From the human T2T-CHM13v2.0 reference genome, Homo sapiens, in assembly GCF_009914755.1 (NCBI RefSeq), contig NC_060930.1: a DNA stretch of 64,000 bases; one strand, written 5' to 3'. Positions 37,946 to 64,000 of this stretch are shown here, in pieces. The first letter of the stretch is position 1. Each line of letters starts with the position of its first letter. The notes under the pieces were generated by a model. It had not been told where the DNA came from, made no database searches, and worked only from the letters and a program-made list of their open reading frames with translations. The position numbers were made by a program, and so were the translations under genes.

Positions 37946-38649
37946 CTGTGGAGAGACCGACGGAAGTTTTCCAGCTCCTGTCTCATTTGGATTAGACACT
38001 CCACAAACCTCACCTTGCTTGGAAGCAGTCTTTTGGGAAAGAAAAGATGAATAATGAGGGGAGACCTGGCTCACGGTGATTTGCATTATGGATGCCATTT
38101 TGGGGATAGGCATTCCAGTAAAGGTGTGTTTAGTTTTTCTAGGAAACACATCTGTGATATTTTAAAGCACCTGTGAAAGTGAGATTAATTTAGAAAGGGC
38201 CCAAAGAGTCAAGGGGACCTTCAGGGGACAGTTTATTTCCTTGCCTTTGACAGATCTTCCAAGGGCTCCGCGGCTCTAGGCAGGCCAGAATTTGCGAGTG
38301 TATTAGATGCCTCTTGTGAAAAGCTGCATGGGCCAGGAGGGGAAACTGACATGTGGCCCCAGCAAGAAGAAGAGGCAGTGTTGAGAGCCGGCAGGGGTTT
38401 TCTAGGAAGTCTTCCTGGCCTGGGTAGCTGGGCCGAGGACTTCCTCAGCTGGCATGCTGACCCGGCTGGGCAGGTGGGGAAGCATGGAGCCCCTTGCCTA
38501 GCATCTCTCCACCAACTTGAGGGAACAACACAAACGCTTTTGGAATAACGAGTGGAAGTTGAGTTTGGTAGATGATTTTGTATGCCTCCCACGTGCCAAG
38601 CCGTTCGCCGTCAGGCACTCTGCTGTGTAGTGCAGACTGCATCTGTTGT

Positions 38650-39620
38650 AATGGTTTCAACTGTGGGCAGCCGTGAGAGATGGAGGGTGAGGGAACACTT
38701 CAGGGAGAAGGTGGGACACAGCTGAACCCTGGATGCTGGGTGGGATTGAGGTAGCTTTGCTGGGAGAAGAGAGAGCATCTTAGATCAGCAGAGCGCTGTG
38801 TGAGTGGGCCAGCCTGCAGTCTGGCTTGACCCTATTGGGCAGCATCATAGAATTGAAGCTCTGGAGTTGGATGCGCGGGTTTCAGTGTTGCACTTAGCAG
38901 CCTTGTGATCTAGGGCAAGTAATGGAACCTTCCTGAGTCTGAGCTTTCTCATCTGAAAGGGGTTGCAGTAGTACCTATCTCAGGGCTGTGATGACGGAGG
39001 GAGTGTGTATAATTCACATAGGATATGTGCAGGGTGGCAGGAAGGCTGGAGAGGGATTGTGGGGAAGGATCTCGGGGACTTTGAAAGGCCTGTCTAAACT
39101 TGATGGAGTTGGCTGCGGGGCACTGTACGCTTCCTGAGCAGGGCGAGGCTGTTAAAGTGCTGTAATGGCACAAAGGAAGGTGCGTTTGGAGGTGATGGCA
39201 GCAGCTGGCAGGAGTTTTTGGGGCCTGAACAGTGGGACTGGCGTGCTGGGGATGAAGAGGAACTGGGGAGCAAGGACTCAGCTCTTCCTGGCTGGCTGAA
39301 AGTGTGGAAGGAGCGAGAGAAGGGCATCTGAGATGGTGCCAGGTTTCAGGGTACGAGAATGGAGAAAGGGTGGAGGCAGGAAGTGGGCAGTGGAAGCGGG
39401 CTTTTCAGTAATGTTATTTTGTTTTTTAGCTCAGTTTGAAACCTTTTGACCTTGAAGTACTGTAGGGCTTCTAGGTGAAAACGTGTTGGGCAGCGCTGCT
39501 TCAGAGTGGGGTAGGGTGGGCAGGGAGGATGGCTCCTGAAGGCAGGAAGGACGGAGAGAGAAGCAGCAGGAGATGAGCTGGTGTTGGAGGACTGGTGCGA
39601 GGGGTGGCAGGAGTCTAGGA
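38650..39620. mobile_element. Degenerate L2 fragments with an embedded MIR
   Basis: MIR motifs tgtgatctagggcaagt and tttctcatctgaaaggg at about 38900-38960; flanks are GA-rich and L2-like. Confidence 0.5.
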
Positions 39621-40142
39621 CTAGAGGTTTCAGGAAGCACACGGGGACGACAGAGATGAGGAGAGGGAAGGCCTGGGGTCAGGGACCCCCAGGGACCCTC
39701 TCCTGTTCGTAGGCTGTGCATATTTTCTGCATCACAGACTTGCCTCTATGTGTTTAGAAATATCCTCCCTTGGGGGACTGATCAGAGAGGGCCATGGGCT
39801 CTCTTGGTCACTGAGACTTACTCGGTCACTGGTCTAGGTTGGCATGGTGTTAGAGACCTGTGAGCATTTTCAGCAGGAGGCAGAGCTGCCAGTGGGTTTC
39901 TGTTGCAGAACAGGAGCCGTGTTCTGAAGCGACTGGGGACTCCAGCCGCTGTGGTCACTGAGCTGGTCTCACAGCAGGGGGCTAGGTTAGTTCTGGCAAA
40001 GACACCTCCCCTCTCCCATCTTTACCTTGGCTTCTCAATGTTTTGTTGTTTTGCCCATGAGCAACAGTTTTAGAGCTATGATTGATCTGAAACGGGGTCT
40101 TGTTTCTGAGGTTTCTGAAGTCTCTGGTTTTTTGGCTCAAAT

Positions 40143-42768
<2,626 letters not shown>

Positions 42769-43996
42769 ATCTGCAGTGTTAATAACGTATTAAACACACC
42801 ATGCTTAAACTAAGGAATAGACTTGACACCTGGGTTAACTGCGGAAGGTCAGAGGAGACACTTCTTCCTGGGCCAGGCTTCACACTTTGCAGGGCTTGCC
42901 CAGAGGAGTTGGTGTAGGTTGGAGCCTGCAGCGCCGTCCCAGAGCAACCTCTGTGCAGTGCAGGTGCAGAGGGCAGGGCTGCAGCATCTTGGGCACATGC
43001 ACTCTCTCCAGACCTCACTTTCCCCACCTGTGAATTGAAGGTGTTGAGTTTGCTCCCTGAGGTCATTCCTATGGCTCCTGGGCCTCTGAGGATCTGTCAG
43101 GCCCCAGAGCTGAGTTGGGGCCAGGCCACCTCCTTCCCCAGCTCTCTTGTCTCATGTTTGTGGGTGAGTGTTTGCACTGAGTCCCGGGGCAGCTGTGGAG
43201 CCACCTATTCTTTATTTCTTCACCCAGTGACCCTGGTCTGTGTGCTCACTGCCCAGGTGGCCATGCAGGCCCTGCTGGGGGCAGCGGGCCTGGCCTTATC
43301 AGAGCTACGTCGCAGAGGTGTTGACTCACGGCCTCACCCTGGCCCTGGGACGGGCCTGGCAGTGACTTCCTGCTCTGCAACTGCAGTCTCTCAGGCGTGT
43401 GCTGCGGGGATGTGGGCACGCAGGCCCGTGTGAGCTTTGGACCGTGAAGCCAGTAACCTTCCTGCAGGGCCAGGCTGAGCCTATGTCCATCTCCCTGGGT
43501 GGACGTGCGGCTGCCTGTCCCTGAGGTGAGGTGCTCGGTCTCCTTCCCGCTGGTCTGGCTCCCAAGACCAGAACATGCGAGGACAACAGAGAACACAGAA
43601 GAGAGAGCAAAACAGACAGCGCCGCACGTCCCTCTGGTCTGTGGGTCTCCTCCTCAGGGCACAGGGCGGGGGCCGGCCACACCCCTTTTGTCGATGGTTT
43701 GACTGGGACACAGCCATGCTCGTGCGTCCTGTGCTGCTCAGAGAAGTAGAGCTGTGCCTTGCGACAGAGACCGGTGTTCCCAAAGCCTCACATGTACTAC
43801 CTGGGCCTTTACAGAGTTTTCTTTTGTTTGCTGGCCCTTGATACAGGATGTTCTAAAAGAAATGATCCCTGCCTCCTAGAGTTTTCCTGTGACTGGGCAG
43901 ACACCTGGGAGGGCGAGTGAGTTTCCCTGTCTGTGTAAATCACAGAAACCTGCACGGCAAGGCAGCGTCCGTGTTGGGTGGCACAAGGGGAACCTG

Positions 43997-44120
43997 AAGT
44001 TGTGGAGGACTTGGGATGTGGGCTTGTGGGAATGGCAGAGGGAGGAGTGGGCTTGTGGGCTTGTGGGTTGTGAGGTTGTGAGGTTGTGGGCTTGTGGGAA
44101 TGGCAGAGGGAGGAGTGTGG
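43997..44120. repeat. GT-rich low-complexity repeat with a duplicated block of about 33 bp
   Basis: tgtgggcttgtgggaatggcagagggaggagtg occurs twice, separated by (ttgtgRg) units. Confidence 0.8.
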
Positions 44121-44587
44121 TGCTGGCAGTACCTGGAGCTTCGAGTGGGGCCTGGCAGTGTCACCCCCATAGGCCGTGTGCTTGTGGGTGTGCCAGTGTG
44201 TGTGCGTGTGTGTATGTATGTGTGTGCATGAGATGAGTAGTGGGATCTGGCCACTGCCTCTGTGGCAGTGACCCCTGGGGGGCCTAGGAGCCCCCCTAGT
44301 GCATTCTCCTCGAGTGTGGGGTTGGTGTGCTGCGTGCAGACCGCGGTGGCTGGTGTGTCCACGGACCCTCTAACCCGGAACGTGCAGGAACGCGCAGCTC
44401 CTGAATTGGCTGCTGAGGCTGTTTTGTCAGGAGGTTACCTGGTGGCAGTGCAGGCCCACTTCAGAAGTGAGGGACTGGGAGGGGAGGTGGGCAGTGTCGT
44501 GTGGGGAGGGGTGTTGCTGCAGGGCCGCTTTCCTGTGACCTCCGGGCCTTCCCCTGACCGTCCCTCACTGCTGGCTTCTGCCCCCAG

Positions 44588-44691
44588 GCTGGCGCCCATG
44601 CGGCTCTACACGCTCTCCAAGCGCCACTTTGTCCTCGTGTTTGTCGTCTTCTTCATCTGCTTTGGCCTGACCATCTTCGTTGGGATCAGAG
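44588..44691 (+). CDS. TMEM181: TMEM181 exon 2 (first transmembrane segment)
   Basis: Acceptor ctgcccccag|G, donor AGAG|GTAAGG, 104 nt. Encodes LAPMRLYTLSKRHFVLVFVVFFICFGLTIFVGIR(G), including a hydrophobic helix. Confidence 0.95.
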
Positions 44692-45851
44692 GTAAGGTTC
44701 GGTTTTTACTCAGTGAATCTTTTGCCATGCGCGGTGGCCCTGGCGTATTGCTTTCGGTCAGCCCAGCTGTGCCCCTATCTTCCACTGCTAAGGGCCCCAG
44801 CGTGGAGGGAGAAGTGTCCACAGGGTGGATGGGGTCCCAGCCCTGCGCTTCTAGCTGCTCTGTCTCTTGTGGGGGAGGTGTGCAGTAAGTAGCCCCGAGT
44901 GACCCTGGCCATGCCCTGTGCAGCAGCCAGGGGCAGCCTTGACCACATGCCTTCATTGGCCAAGCAAACGTTTCTAATCTGCTGTGCACGAGACCCAGCT
45001 GGGCGCTGGTGTGTCCAGAACATGCTGCCTGGTTGGGGAGACAGGCCATGGAAGAGCTCTGATGCAGCTGATGGGGAGGGGAGGAGAGTGGGGGGCTGAT
45101 GGCTGTGAGCATGGGGCGGGGTGGCTGTAGGAGCAGTGGGATCATCTAGGCCAATCCCCTTTCTCATGGATGGAGAACCTGAGAAGCCAAGTGGTTTTCA
45201 CAAGGTTCCCAGAGACCCAGGTGTCTTCAGCCCCGTGCAGAGGGCAGGCAACCAGGAGCCTGACTTGTTTGGAGAGAATCTGTTCCTCCATTGCTTTGTT
45301 TCCCTCTTAAATAAAATATCTTTTTCCATAAGGGTGATTTCTGGTAGATATTATTTAATTGATTGACTTAATACTAAAGTGTGAATGGCAGTTAGGCTTA
45401 ACCTGTCCCAGAGGCAATTTGTGCCTCAAAAGGTTAGTTTCTTACCCAAAACTGGGTTGGTAAATGGACGAGGAAGCTGGGGGAGAGTGCTGTTTATCTG
45501 ATGGTGATGGTGATAATAGCAGCTGTAGCCAACTTCTTTTCTTTCCCGTTAAGTCATCAAGAAATAAAAATTACATTAATTACAGCACAAGATATATCCA
45601 TGATCTTACTTGATTTTCACTGCTATCCTTTAAGATTGGTAGGGGAGGCATTAATATTCTCATGGTCTCCAGTCTCAGTGGGACCTCAGCCACCTTCTGT
45701 TATTTTAAGCCACTCTTCTGTCTCAAACGTCCATGATTATATCAAACCCTCTCCATTCTTGCAGAAATGAGAAATGTAAAGTGTGCACCAAGGCTGAGAT
45801 ACAAGTGATGTTCAGGATTTCTACATCCCCTTCTTTCTTTCCATACAGTAC

Positions 45852-46370
45852 TCTATTAGTCAGAGTTGTCCAGAGAAACAGAATCAATACGAAATATCTA
45901 CCTATCTGCCTGCCTGCCTGCCTGTCTATCCTGTCTGTCTGTCTGTCCTGCCTGTCTGTCTATTATAAGGAATTGGTACATGATTATGGAAGCTGAGAAG
46001 TCGAAAGGTCTGCAGTCAGCAAGTAAGAGGCCAGGAGAGCCCATGGTGTAGTTCCAGTCCAAGCCCAAAGGCATGAGAACTAGGAGAGCTGATGGAGTAA
46101 ATTTCCAGCTGAGTCCAGGTCCGAGTCTGAAAGCAGGAGACCAGTGTCCCAGCTGGACACAGAGCAAATTCCCCCTTACTCAGCCAATTTGTTTTATTCA
46201 ATGGATTGGATGAGGTCCACCCACATTGGAGAGAGCAATCTGCTTGACTCAGTCTACCGATTCACATGTTAATCTCATCCAGAAACGACCCACAGACACA
46301 ATAGAATAATGTTTAACCAAATGTCTCAGCACCCTGTGGCCCAGTCATGTTGACACATAAAATTATCACA
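45852..46370 (-). mobile_element. ERVL solo LTR (MLT2-like) with 5-bp TSD AGTAC
   Basis: AGTAC|tctattagtcagagttgtccagagaaacagaa...ttgacacataaaattatcaca|AGTAC, with an internal (CTGY)n tract. Confidence 0.88.
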
Positions 46371-47199
46371 AGTACTCTGCTCCTGATTATTTTATGTGAT
46401 AAGGTTATTACTATTTTAGAGTTAGGAGTACCTTAGGGACTATTGGCTTAGTAACTGTCATTTTGCAAATGAGGAAATCAAGACCCAGAAAGCCTTGTTA
46501 GTGAAGACTGGAGTCCAGATTCTTCTTTTTTTTTTGCCCAGGCTAGAGTGCAGTGGTGCAATCTTGGCTCACTGCAACCTCTTCCTCCCCAGTTCAAATG
46601 ATTCTCCAGTAGCTGGGATTAGAGGCACCTGCCTCCACGCCTGGCTAATTTTTGTTGGTATTTTTAGTAGAGACAGGGTTTCACCATGTTGGCCAGGCTG
46701 GTCTCGAACTCCTGACCTCAGATGATCTGCCTGCCTCGACCTCCCAAAGTGCTGGGATTACAGGTGTGAGTCACCGCAGCCAGCCAAGTCTAGATTTTTC
46801 TGATTCCCAGTTCTTAATTCTTTCCAGGAAACTAGACTGCCTTACTTCCTGGGTTAGGTGTTCACTCAGATTGTGAATCTGTTTAAAAGGGACCTCATTG
46901 TGGACACAGGCCTCTTTCCTACATTTGATATATGCTTCCCAGCATTCCTAAATGCATTCCAGAGAAATGTTACTGCCTTGTATTTCCTCCTTTTGAGTGG
47001 AGGATTGTTGGCAGACAATCCTTCTGGGCATGGTCACTGAGGCAGCCCAGAAAAACTGATATCACCAGTTGATAGTGATACGTTTTGGAACAAATCTAGT
47101 TCTAAATTAAATTAAAATCAGATTCACGGTGTTTCCTTTGACTACTTCTTTTAAGGCCAAACTCTAAAGAAATGCATTGTAAGAATCTGTGAAGCTTGG

Positions 47200-51595
<4,396 letters not shown>

Positions 51596-52105
51596 ATGAG
51601 GTTCGTATACCTATTAGTTAAAACTTTATGCTTTCCTGCTTATATTAGCATATATTATGTTTATAGCCCTTAATAAGTATTTTTGGAAGACGGGATTAAT
51701 TGGATGAGCAGATAAGTGTGTCTTAGGTTTTGGAAGAAATCTTTATATTTTACAGAATATATAAGACAGAGTCTCTATAGTTAATGCCTTCTTGGGCCCA
51801 TGCATGTAGAGAGTGCTCTCATTGAGAGCCTAGCAGGGTGTTTCCTGTGGAAACCCTCTGTGTTGTATGCCAGTCATGCTGGTTGACTTGTGTTGGGAAG
51901 TCGTGAAGCACAGCAGAGTGGATATTCTGTGTCTGTGTTTGTGTGTTTATATCTTCTACTTACACATTGTATAATCTCTAAAGAAAAACCAGGTGAATTA
52001 AGGTCATCTCCGTGTAATGTGTGAGTCTTTCTTGGAATTTGGAAAAAAATACTAAATTATCAATATTGCTATAATCTGCTTTTGTCCTTTTCTGTTACAC
52101 TTTAG

Positions 52106-52161
52106 GACCTAAAGTGATCCAGACTTCTGCGGCTAATTTTTCACTAAATAATAGCAAAAAG
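52106..52161 (+). CDS. TMEM181: TMEM181 exon 3
   Basis: Pyrimidine tract plus tttag|GA, donor AAG|GTAAGA, 56 nt, phase 1 to 0. Encodes GPKVIQTSAANFSLNNSKK with two N-glycosylation sequons. Confidence 0.93.
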
Positions 52162-52638
52162 GTAAGACTGGGTCTGAGTGGCAGCTGGGTGGTGGGGTGC
52201 ATTATAAACCTCAGGTCACTGAGAAATGGTTCCGCTTAGAGTCTTTAAGGTAGCCTTCCCTTGCCTTGCGGCTTCTCAGGCAACACATTTCTTCTTCCAT
52301 TGTCAGCTGCTGGCATCTGGGTTCTTGTTTGCTAAAGTCACCATTTCTGCTGTAATAAACACCTCAGTACTTAGGAAGATGGTGGTGTTACCTCTTAGGG
52401 AGCAGTTGTTCATTTCCAAAGAGTGGCTAACTCATCCTGATTCCTTGCCTCTGTAAGTCCTATCAGATTGTAATTTTTAATAATGATACCACTTAGGTGT
52501 CTCATCTTATATTTGCCCAGGTTAAGAATTGGCCTCTGTCAGATTTCTAATGGTACATTTCTTTCTAATGATTACTTTGTATTCCTTGTGTGAACTCAAT
52601 TTAAATGAAAAATCCTTTAAAAAATACACCTTAACTTG

Positions 52639-54980
<2,342 letters not shown>

Positions 54981-55121
54981 AGGAAAACCTCACATATTTC
55001 TGTTTCAAAGCTAACACTGAAGCCTTTATTGCTAAAAGTAAACTTTGTGTGTTAAAACGATGAGGTATTTGGTAGACTCAATGAAAAGGTCACATGGATT
55101 ACTTTGTTTTTTTTTCTTCAG

Positions 55122-55212
55122 CTAAAGCCAATTCAAATACTTTCAAATCCACTGTCTACATACAATCAGCAACTATGGCTGACATGTGTTGTTGAGTTGG
55201 ATCAATCAAAAG
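55122..55212 (+). CDS. TMEM181: TMEM181 exon 4
   Basis: ttttcttcag|CTA to AAAG|GTATGG, 91 nt, phase 0 to 1. Encodes LKPIQILSNPLSTYNQQLWLTCVVELDQSK(E). Confidence 0.93.
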
Positions 55213-55514
55213 GTATGGAGCTTGACATTTTGGAATGATTTTTCATTATACGAAGAAACATCGTATTTTAGATGTTGACTTCAGAATATTCAGACAAGCA
55301 AGTGCTCAAAGATAGATGTATAAGGATGTCCATTATTATTTATCATAGCAACAAATTGGAAACCCCTTAAATGTCTTCCAGTGGGAGAGAAAGTTGCGAT
55401 AGATAGACGTCCTCCGTGGAGTCCTGGTTAGCTCCGCTCAGTGGCTGCATGGTGTCGGCGCTACAGCTGCCAGCCTTTTTCAGTGAGGATCTGGGAGAGA
55501 ATTAAGACCTGATG

Positions 55515-55710
55515 CCCTAAAATAATGGTTCTGGCCCCCAGGGACACTTGCCAATGTCTTGAGACAATTTCGTCACACACGGAGAGGAGGAGGGAGTGCT
55601 CCTGGCATCTAGTGGGTAGAGGGCAGAGGTGCCGACACCTCCCCCACTTTCACAACAAGGAATTATCTGGCCCAAAATGTCAGTGATGCAGAGGCTGAGA
55701 AACCCTCCCC
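55515..55710. mobile_element. MER20 hAT-Charlie relic
   Basis: Motifs ctggcatctagtgggtagagg and aaggaattatctggcccaaaatgtcagtgatgcagaggctgagaaaccct. Confidence 0.8.
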
Positions 55711-56471
55711 TAATGCATCCATTGTTTATGATGAATTAGCTTCTGTCAGTCTACAGTGGCACTAGTTTTATATCATCCTAGGGAGAATTGAGAAGATAAC
55801 CAAATCCTTTTCTGTTCTGTGCCTCACATGAGACACTCTGGTTGAGAAAGAATTTGAAAAGATAACCCCATGACCACAGTAAATGAAGTGAAACAAATAT
55901 ATATTACGAAAAAATTATCCCCTCTTTGTAACATTTTAGAAAGCAAAAAATTCATATTACTACGTATTTGTCTAGAAAATGGTCTGGAAGGATAGACATG
56001 AAATATGAATTACGATTATCTCTAGGTGAAATTCTCAGTATTTAATGCTATCTTTATATTTTATGATTTTTTTAAAATGAGAATATAATGAGAAAAACCT
56101 ATAATCAGAAGAAATAAGAAATCTATTTCTATTTTTGGTATAGAATTTGGTAAGTTAAAAATGTATGTGAGAAATTAAAAATATAAGTTCATTAGCCATG
56201 AAATATTTACCCTTTTTTTGTGTGTGAAGTGAAACTGATGGGTCTGAAGTGCAGGTTTTGACATAGACCCCCTGGGTGCTGGGTTGGAATCTAATGGAAA
56301 GGCTTTTACTTTGCTGGGCAATTAAGAGATTTTCAAATGTGCTGAGGCCAATGTGGCCTAAGGACCTTAAGCGTTTTCCTGGCTCCAAGGTCATTACAGA
56401 GCCAGGAAGGCACCTTTGTAGGTGTGATGTGCCTGGCATGGTCTCTAACACTGAATTTTTTTCTTTTGTAG

Positions 56472-56593
56472 AAACTTCTATTAAGACAAGCTTTCCCATG
56501 ACTGTTAAAGTCGATGGTGTAGCTCAAGATGGAACCACGATGTACATTCATAACAAAGTTCACAACCGGACAAGGACCCTCACATGTGCAGGG
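56472..56593 (+). CDS. TMEM181: TMEM181 exon 5
   Basis: ttcttttgtag|AA to GGG|GTGAGT, 122 nt, phase 1 to 0. Encodes ETSIKTSFPMTVKVDGVAQDGTTMYIHNKVHNRTRTLTCAG, visible inside ORF 56276..56647. Confidence 0.94.
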
Positions 56594-56908
56594 GTGAGTG
56601 TGTGGGGTGAGCCCCACAGTCAGTCCTCAGGCTGTGTACACGTTTAATTACAGAGCCACTTTCCAGTCTAAAAGATAGCATGGTAAGAGGCTTCGAGAAA
56701 TTGTTCTTAAGTGAAAAAAATGGAGTCATACCAAAGATGGCATGAAAAAACTTACTTATTTTTACAGTTGGATACCCTTAAAAATTCTTATAAACGTACA
56801 CATGCATTCACACATCCGTAAACACACGTGTACGCACATATGCATGCACACACATATACTGCTAGCCACCCTGAGCATACACGGTACTTGTTTTTACTGT
56901 GTGTGTGA

Positions 56909-59931
<3,023 letters not shown>

Positions 59932-60839
59932 TAAGCCTGCTGTGTAAAACCCACACCTGTTTTCTTACCTGACCTCAGACATTCGAGGCTTGACCAGTCA
60001 TTGGAGCGATGCCCTATTAGAAAGCCAGAGAACCACCCGTTTGCTCTGGGCAGCAGCAGGATGGTGGAGAGTGACATTCCGAAAGGCAGGGCCGGGGCAG
60101 AGCTTGCTGGGGAGGAGTGGCTGGCTCTGTGTGCATGGCTGGTGGGTGCACCTCTGTATCCCTGCATGAGGGTTTGTCCTCCCTGCCACTCCGGAAGGGG
60201 ATAACAAAGCAGAAGAGACCTGGCTTTTAATTCTAAAGGACAAAAGGAAGGGCTCTTGTCAACAGTGGAGCACACGTATCCTCACATCTGCACTTGGTGC
60301 TGTGCACACAGCCTTTGCTTTGACTCGGAGTGGAGGGTGGAGAGAGCAGGATGGAGAGGAAAGAGGGCTCCATGTAGAGAGTGACAGGTTAAAAGGAGAG
60401 AAAGAAGAATGTGTAATTCACTCTGTTCATTATTATAACAATCGCAAAATTGGGCCAGGGAGGACAAATTAGGCCGCGGCATCTGCATTGACGTGTCTTA
60501 GCTTACGTTTCCCCCGTGCTCTAGTGTTATATATTTATGGAAATGTCAGGCTTGCGTTGCACTGTTAACTTTCTTACACGGTGACTTATTTTCAGTCATC
60601 CAAAGTAGAAAGATTCTAATTGGTGTAAATCATATATTATGTTTCCAAAAATACCCATTTGGTTCATTCTTTCTAGGAACTGTGTTTGGCTGGCATCTGA
60701 CTTTCTCTGGGCTTTTGGCGAGTTCCCTGGAGACAATGAGTTCTGCCCATCTGCTGTTGAAACGTGTTACTTCATGGGTTATTTGGCGGGAGCGTGAGTC
60801 TCGCTTTCTTTAAAGGCAAATCTTTCTGTGTATTTGCAG

Positions 60840-60950
60840 AAATGTGCGGAGATTATTGTGGCTCACCTTGGCTACCTGAACTACACTCAGTATACAGTGA
60901 TAGTGGGATTTGAACACCTGAAGCTCCCCATCAAGGGAATGAACTTCACA
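60840..60950 (+). CDS. TMEM181: TMEM181 exon 6
   Basis: tatttgcag|AAA to ACA|GTAAGT, 111 nt, phase 0 to 0. Encodes KCAEIIVAHLGYLNYTQYTVIVGFEHLKLPIKGMNFT. Confidence 0.94.
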
Positions 60951-61513
60951 GTAAGTATACCAGCTGACTGCACGTTTCCATGGCTCATGTTCTAGTTCCC
61001 ATTCTTTGTTCAATGATTGAAATACATCTCAGCATCTAAATAATGTTAATTTGGACAGTGGAGGACTTGTAAAGTTTTTAAAAATTATAGGAAAACTACA
61101 GTTTCTTAAGTATATAGAACTAAGAATAGCTTAAATATCATAGAGATTGGGCAAACCTTAGGTGTCTGAGATTTAGAATAGAGAGTATATAGTGTGTTCA
61201 GCTGCAAGGCAGTGAAGGGGTTAGCAGACACAGCACCCCCTTCTCTGGCCCCTGTGAGTGGTCGTCAGTCTCTGCCCGAACTGCCGGTGAGTGGGAGGGC
61301 ACTGTTCTAATTGTTAGACTGTCCTTTCTTGTGTCCAGCTGAAATCTCCCCTTTCCACTCATTAGGAGTCAGTATAACCAGCATAGTGATGAGGAGTGGG
61401 GGTTTAGACTGGACGGTGAGCTGGGTTCTCACGCTGCCTCCATCATTGACTCACGTGATTTTGTTGAGCCTCAGTTTTCTTATCTGTAAAATAGCTGCCT
61501 CATAGAGCTGTGA

Positions 61514-62320
<807 letters not shown>

Positions 62321-63530
62321 ACAAAATGAGTTTTTTTCTCTGTCTACCCTATAGCCCTTTGCAGGCGGCCGTCTCCTCCCCTCTGAGATTGTTCTTTTCT
62401 TTCACGTTGTGCTGGGGATGTGACCTCTGCACCCCTCTGGCTCCATGTTTCCTTCCTGAAGCTGCCCCAGTCACCCAGCTGCAGGGGCAGGTGTTGCTGA
62501 TGTGGAAGGAGCAGGTGGCCCTGGGCTGTGCTGCTGGGACAGCTGAGCCGGCTCTCTCGGGAGCCACGTCACTAGTGGTCTCTTCCTTTCAGCCCTTTGC
62601 CTCAGCCAGCCTTTCCAGATCTTTTGGATCTGAATCTGGGGTCTGGTCTTTGCTGTCTGAATGATCTCCTGGATCTTAGTCTTCAGAGAATCCGATTAGT
62701 ATTCTGCTTGTGTCCTCCATTCATGGTGCAGTGGGGGATTCCAGATGGGGTCTGAGGCAGGTGCACTGAGCTTAGGCATACTTTGATGTAGTCCTTTGTT
62801 AATCATCTGTGCTTTAGACTTTGCTATTTCAGAATCATTCTGATTCAACAGTGCAGACAAACAAGGGACCTCTCCCTTTCATCATCTTCTTTATTAGAAC
62901 ATCATCTCCTACAAGCCTTTTATGGTTCTCAGCACCTTTCTCCAGAGGCTGTAGTTCATCCTGACCCTGTTCTATGGGTGTGGGCCGCTGTTTTGTCTTT
63001 ATGGTTTTTGTCCTTCCATCTTTTGTATCTATGTTTCCTCTTAAAGTTGTTCCTGAAGAATTTGGTACATATGTTAGGTGAACTAGGTACATGCCATTCT
63101 GCCATTGCTGATGGAAGGCAAGTGATACAGTGTTACTGTGGGGCTCAAAAAGGAATTGGTTCAAAAGACGTTACCATGGGAACCACTCACCTTGAATTAC
63201 ACCACAGCCAGAGCCTCATTTCTGGTGGCACTCTTCAGCATCTGGAAAGACAGCCCTTGAGACCCTTGGGATTTGTAAGGGATGTCACCAAAGATTTTTC
63301 TGCGTTTTTTGTACATTTCGTTTCCCCAGCAGCCAGCATAGGGCCCAGCAGCTGCTAGGCTTGCAATAGATATGTATTGGTTGAATGAAAGAACAGCAGT
63401 ACAGCACCTTACAAATTTAGAAATTCACGTGGCAACAGACTTCTGAAATTATGTTCATCCTTGCTTTAAACCAAAGATTAGAGAGTTCAAGAATGAATGT
63501 CTTTTTTCAACCAATCAATTTTCATAGATT

Positions 63531-64000
<470 letters not shown>

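Noticed and set aside
37077-38149. His/Pro/Ser-rich ORFs on the minus strand
   Set aside because: Translations of the VNTR in all three frames; no promoter or splice evidence.
44262-44888. 208-aa ORF as a single-exon gene
   Set aside because: Only 44588-44691 is bounded by splice sites; the rest is open intronic frame.

Overview
This is human (primate) genomic DNA, very rich in Alu repeats, containing the 5' half of TMEM181 (GPR178, a Wntless-related multipass membrane protein) on the + strand. Two CpG-island promoters about 23.5 kb apart give two mutually exclusive phase-2 first coding exons: exon 1a (CDS 7426 or 7714 to 7844) and exon 1b (ATG GAG CC, 31223-31230). Both splice to exon 2 (44588-44691), followed by exons 3-6 (52106-52161, 55122-55212, 56472-56593, 60840-60950); the gene continues beyond the window. 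The rest is intronic or intergenic repeat: a human-specific AluYb8, HAL1, a two-LTR MER65-like ERV1 provirus (20526-28072), solo LTRs with intact target-site duplications (TSDs), an internally deleted L1MB-like element, DNA transposon relics and a purine-rich VNTR. I find no new gene system. The most interesting signals are (i) an Alu-flanked, phase-symmetric exon 4-6 block whose circular RNA would carry a stop-free endless ORF, (ii) an isoform switch that adds or removes a tail rich in YxxPhi motifs, with an out-of-frame ATG created by a 16-bp duplication, and (iii) several templated-insertion scars. Repeat subfamily names come from remembered consensus sequences and should be confirmed with RepeatMasker/Dfam.
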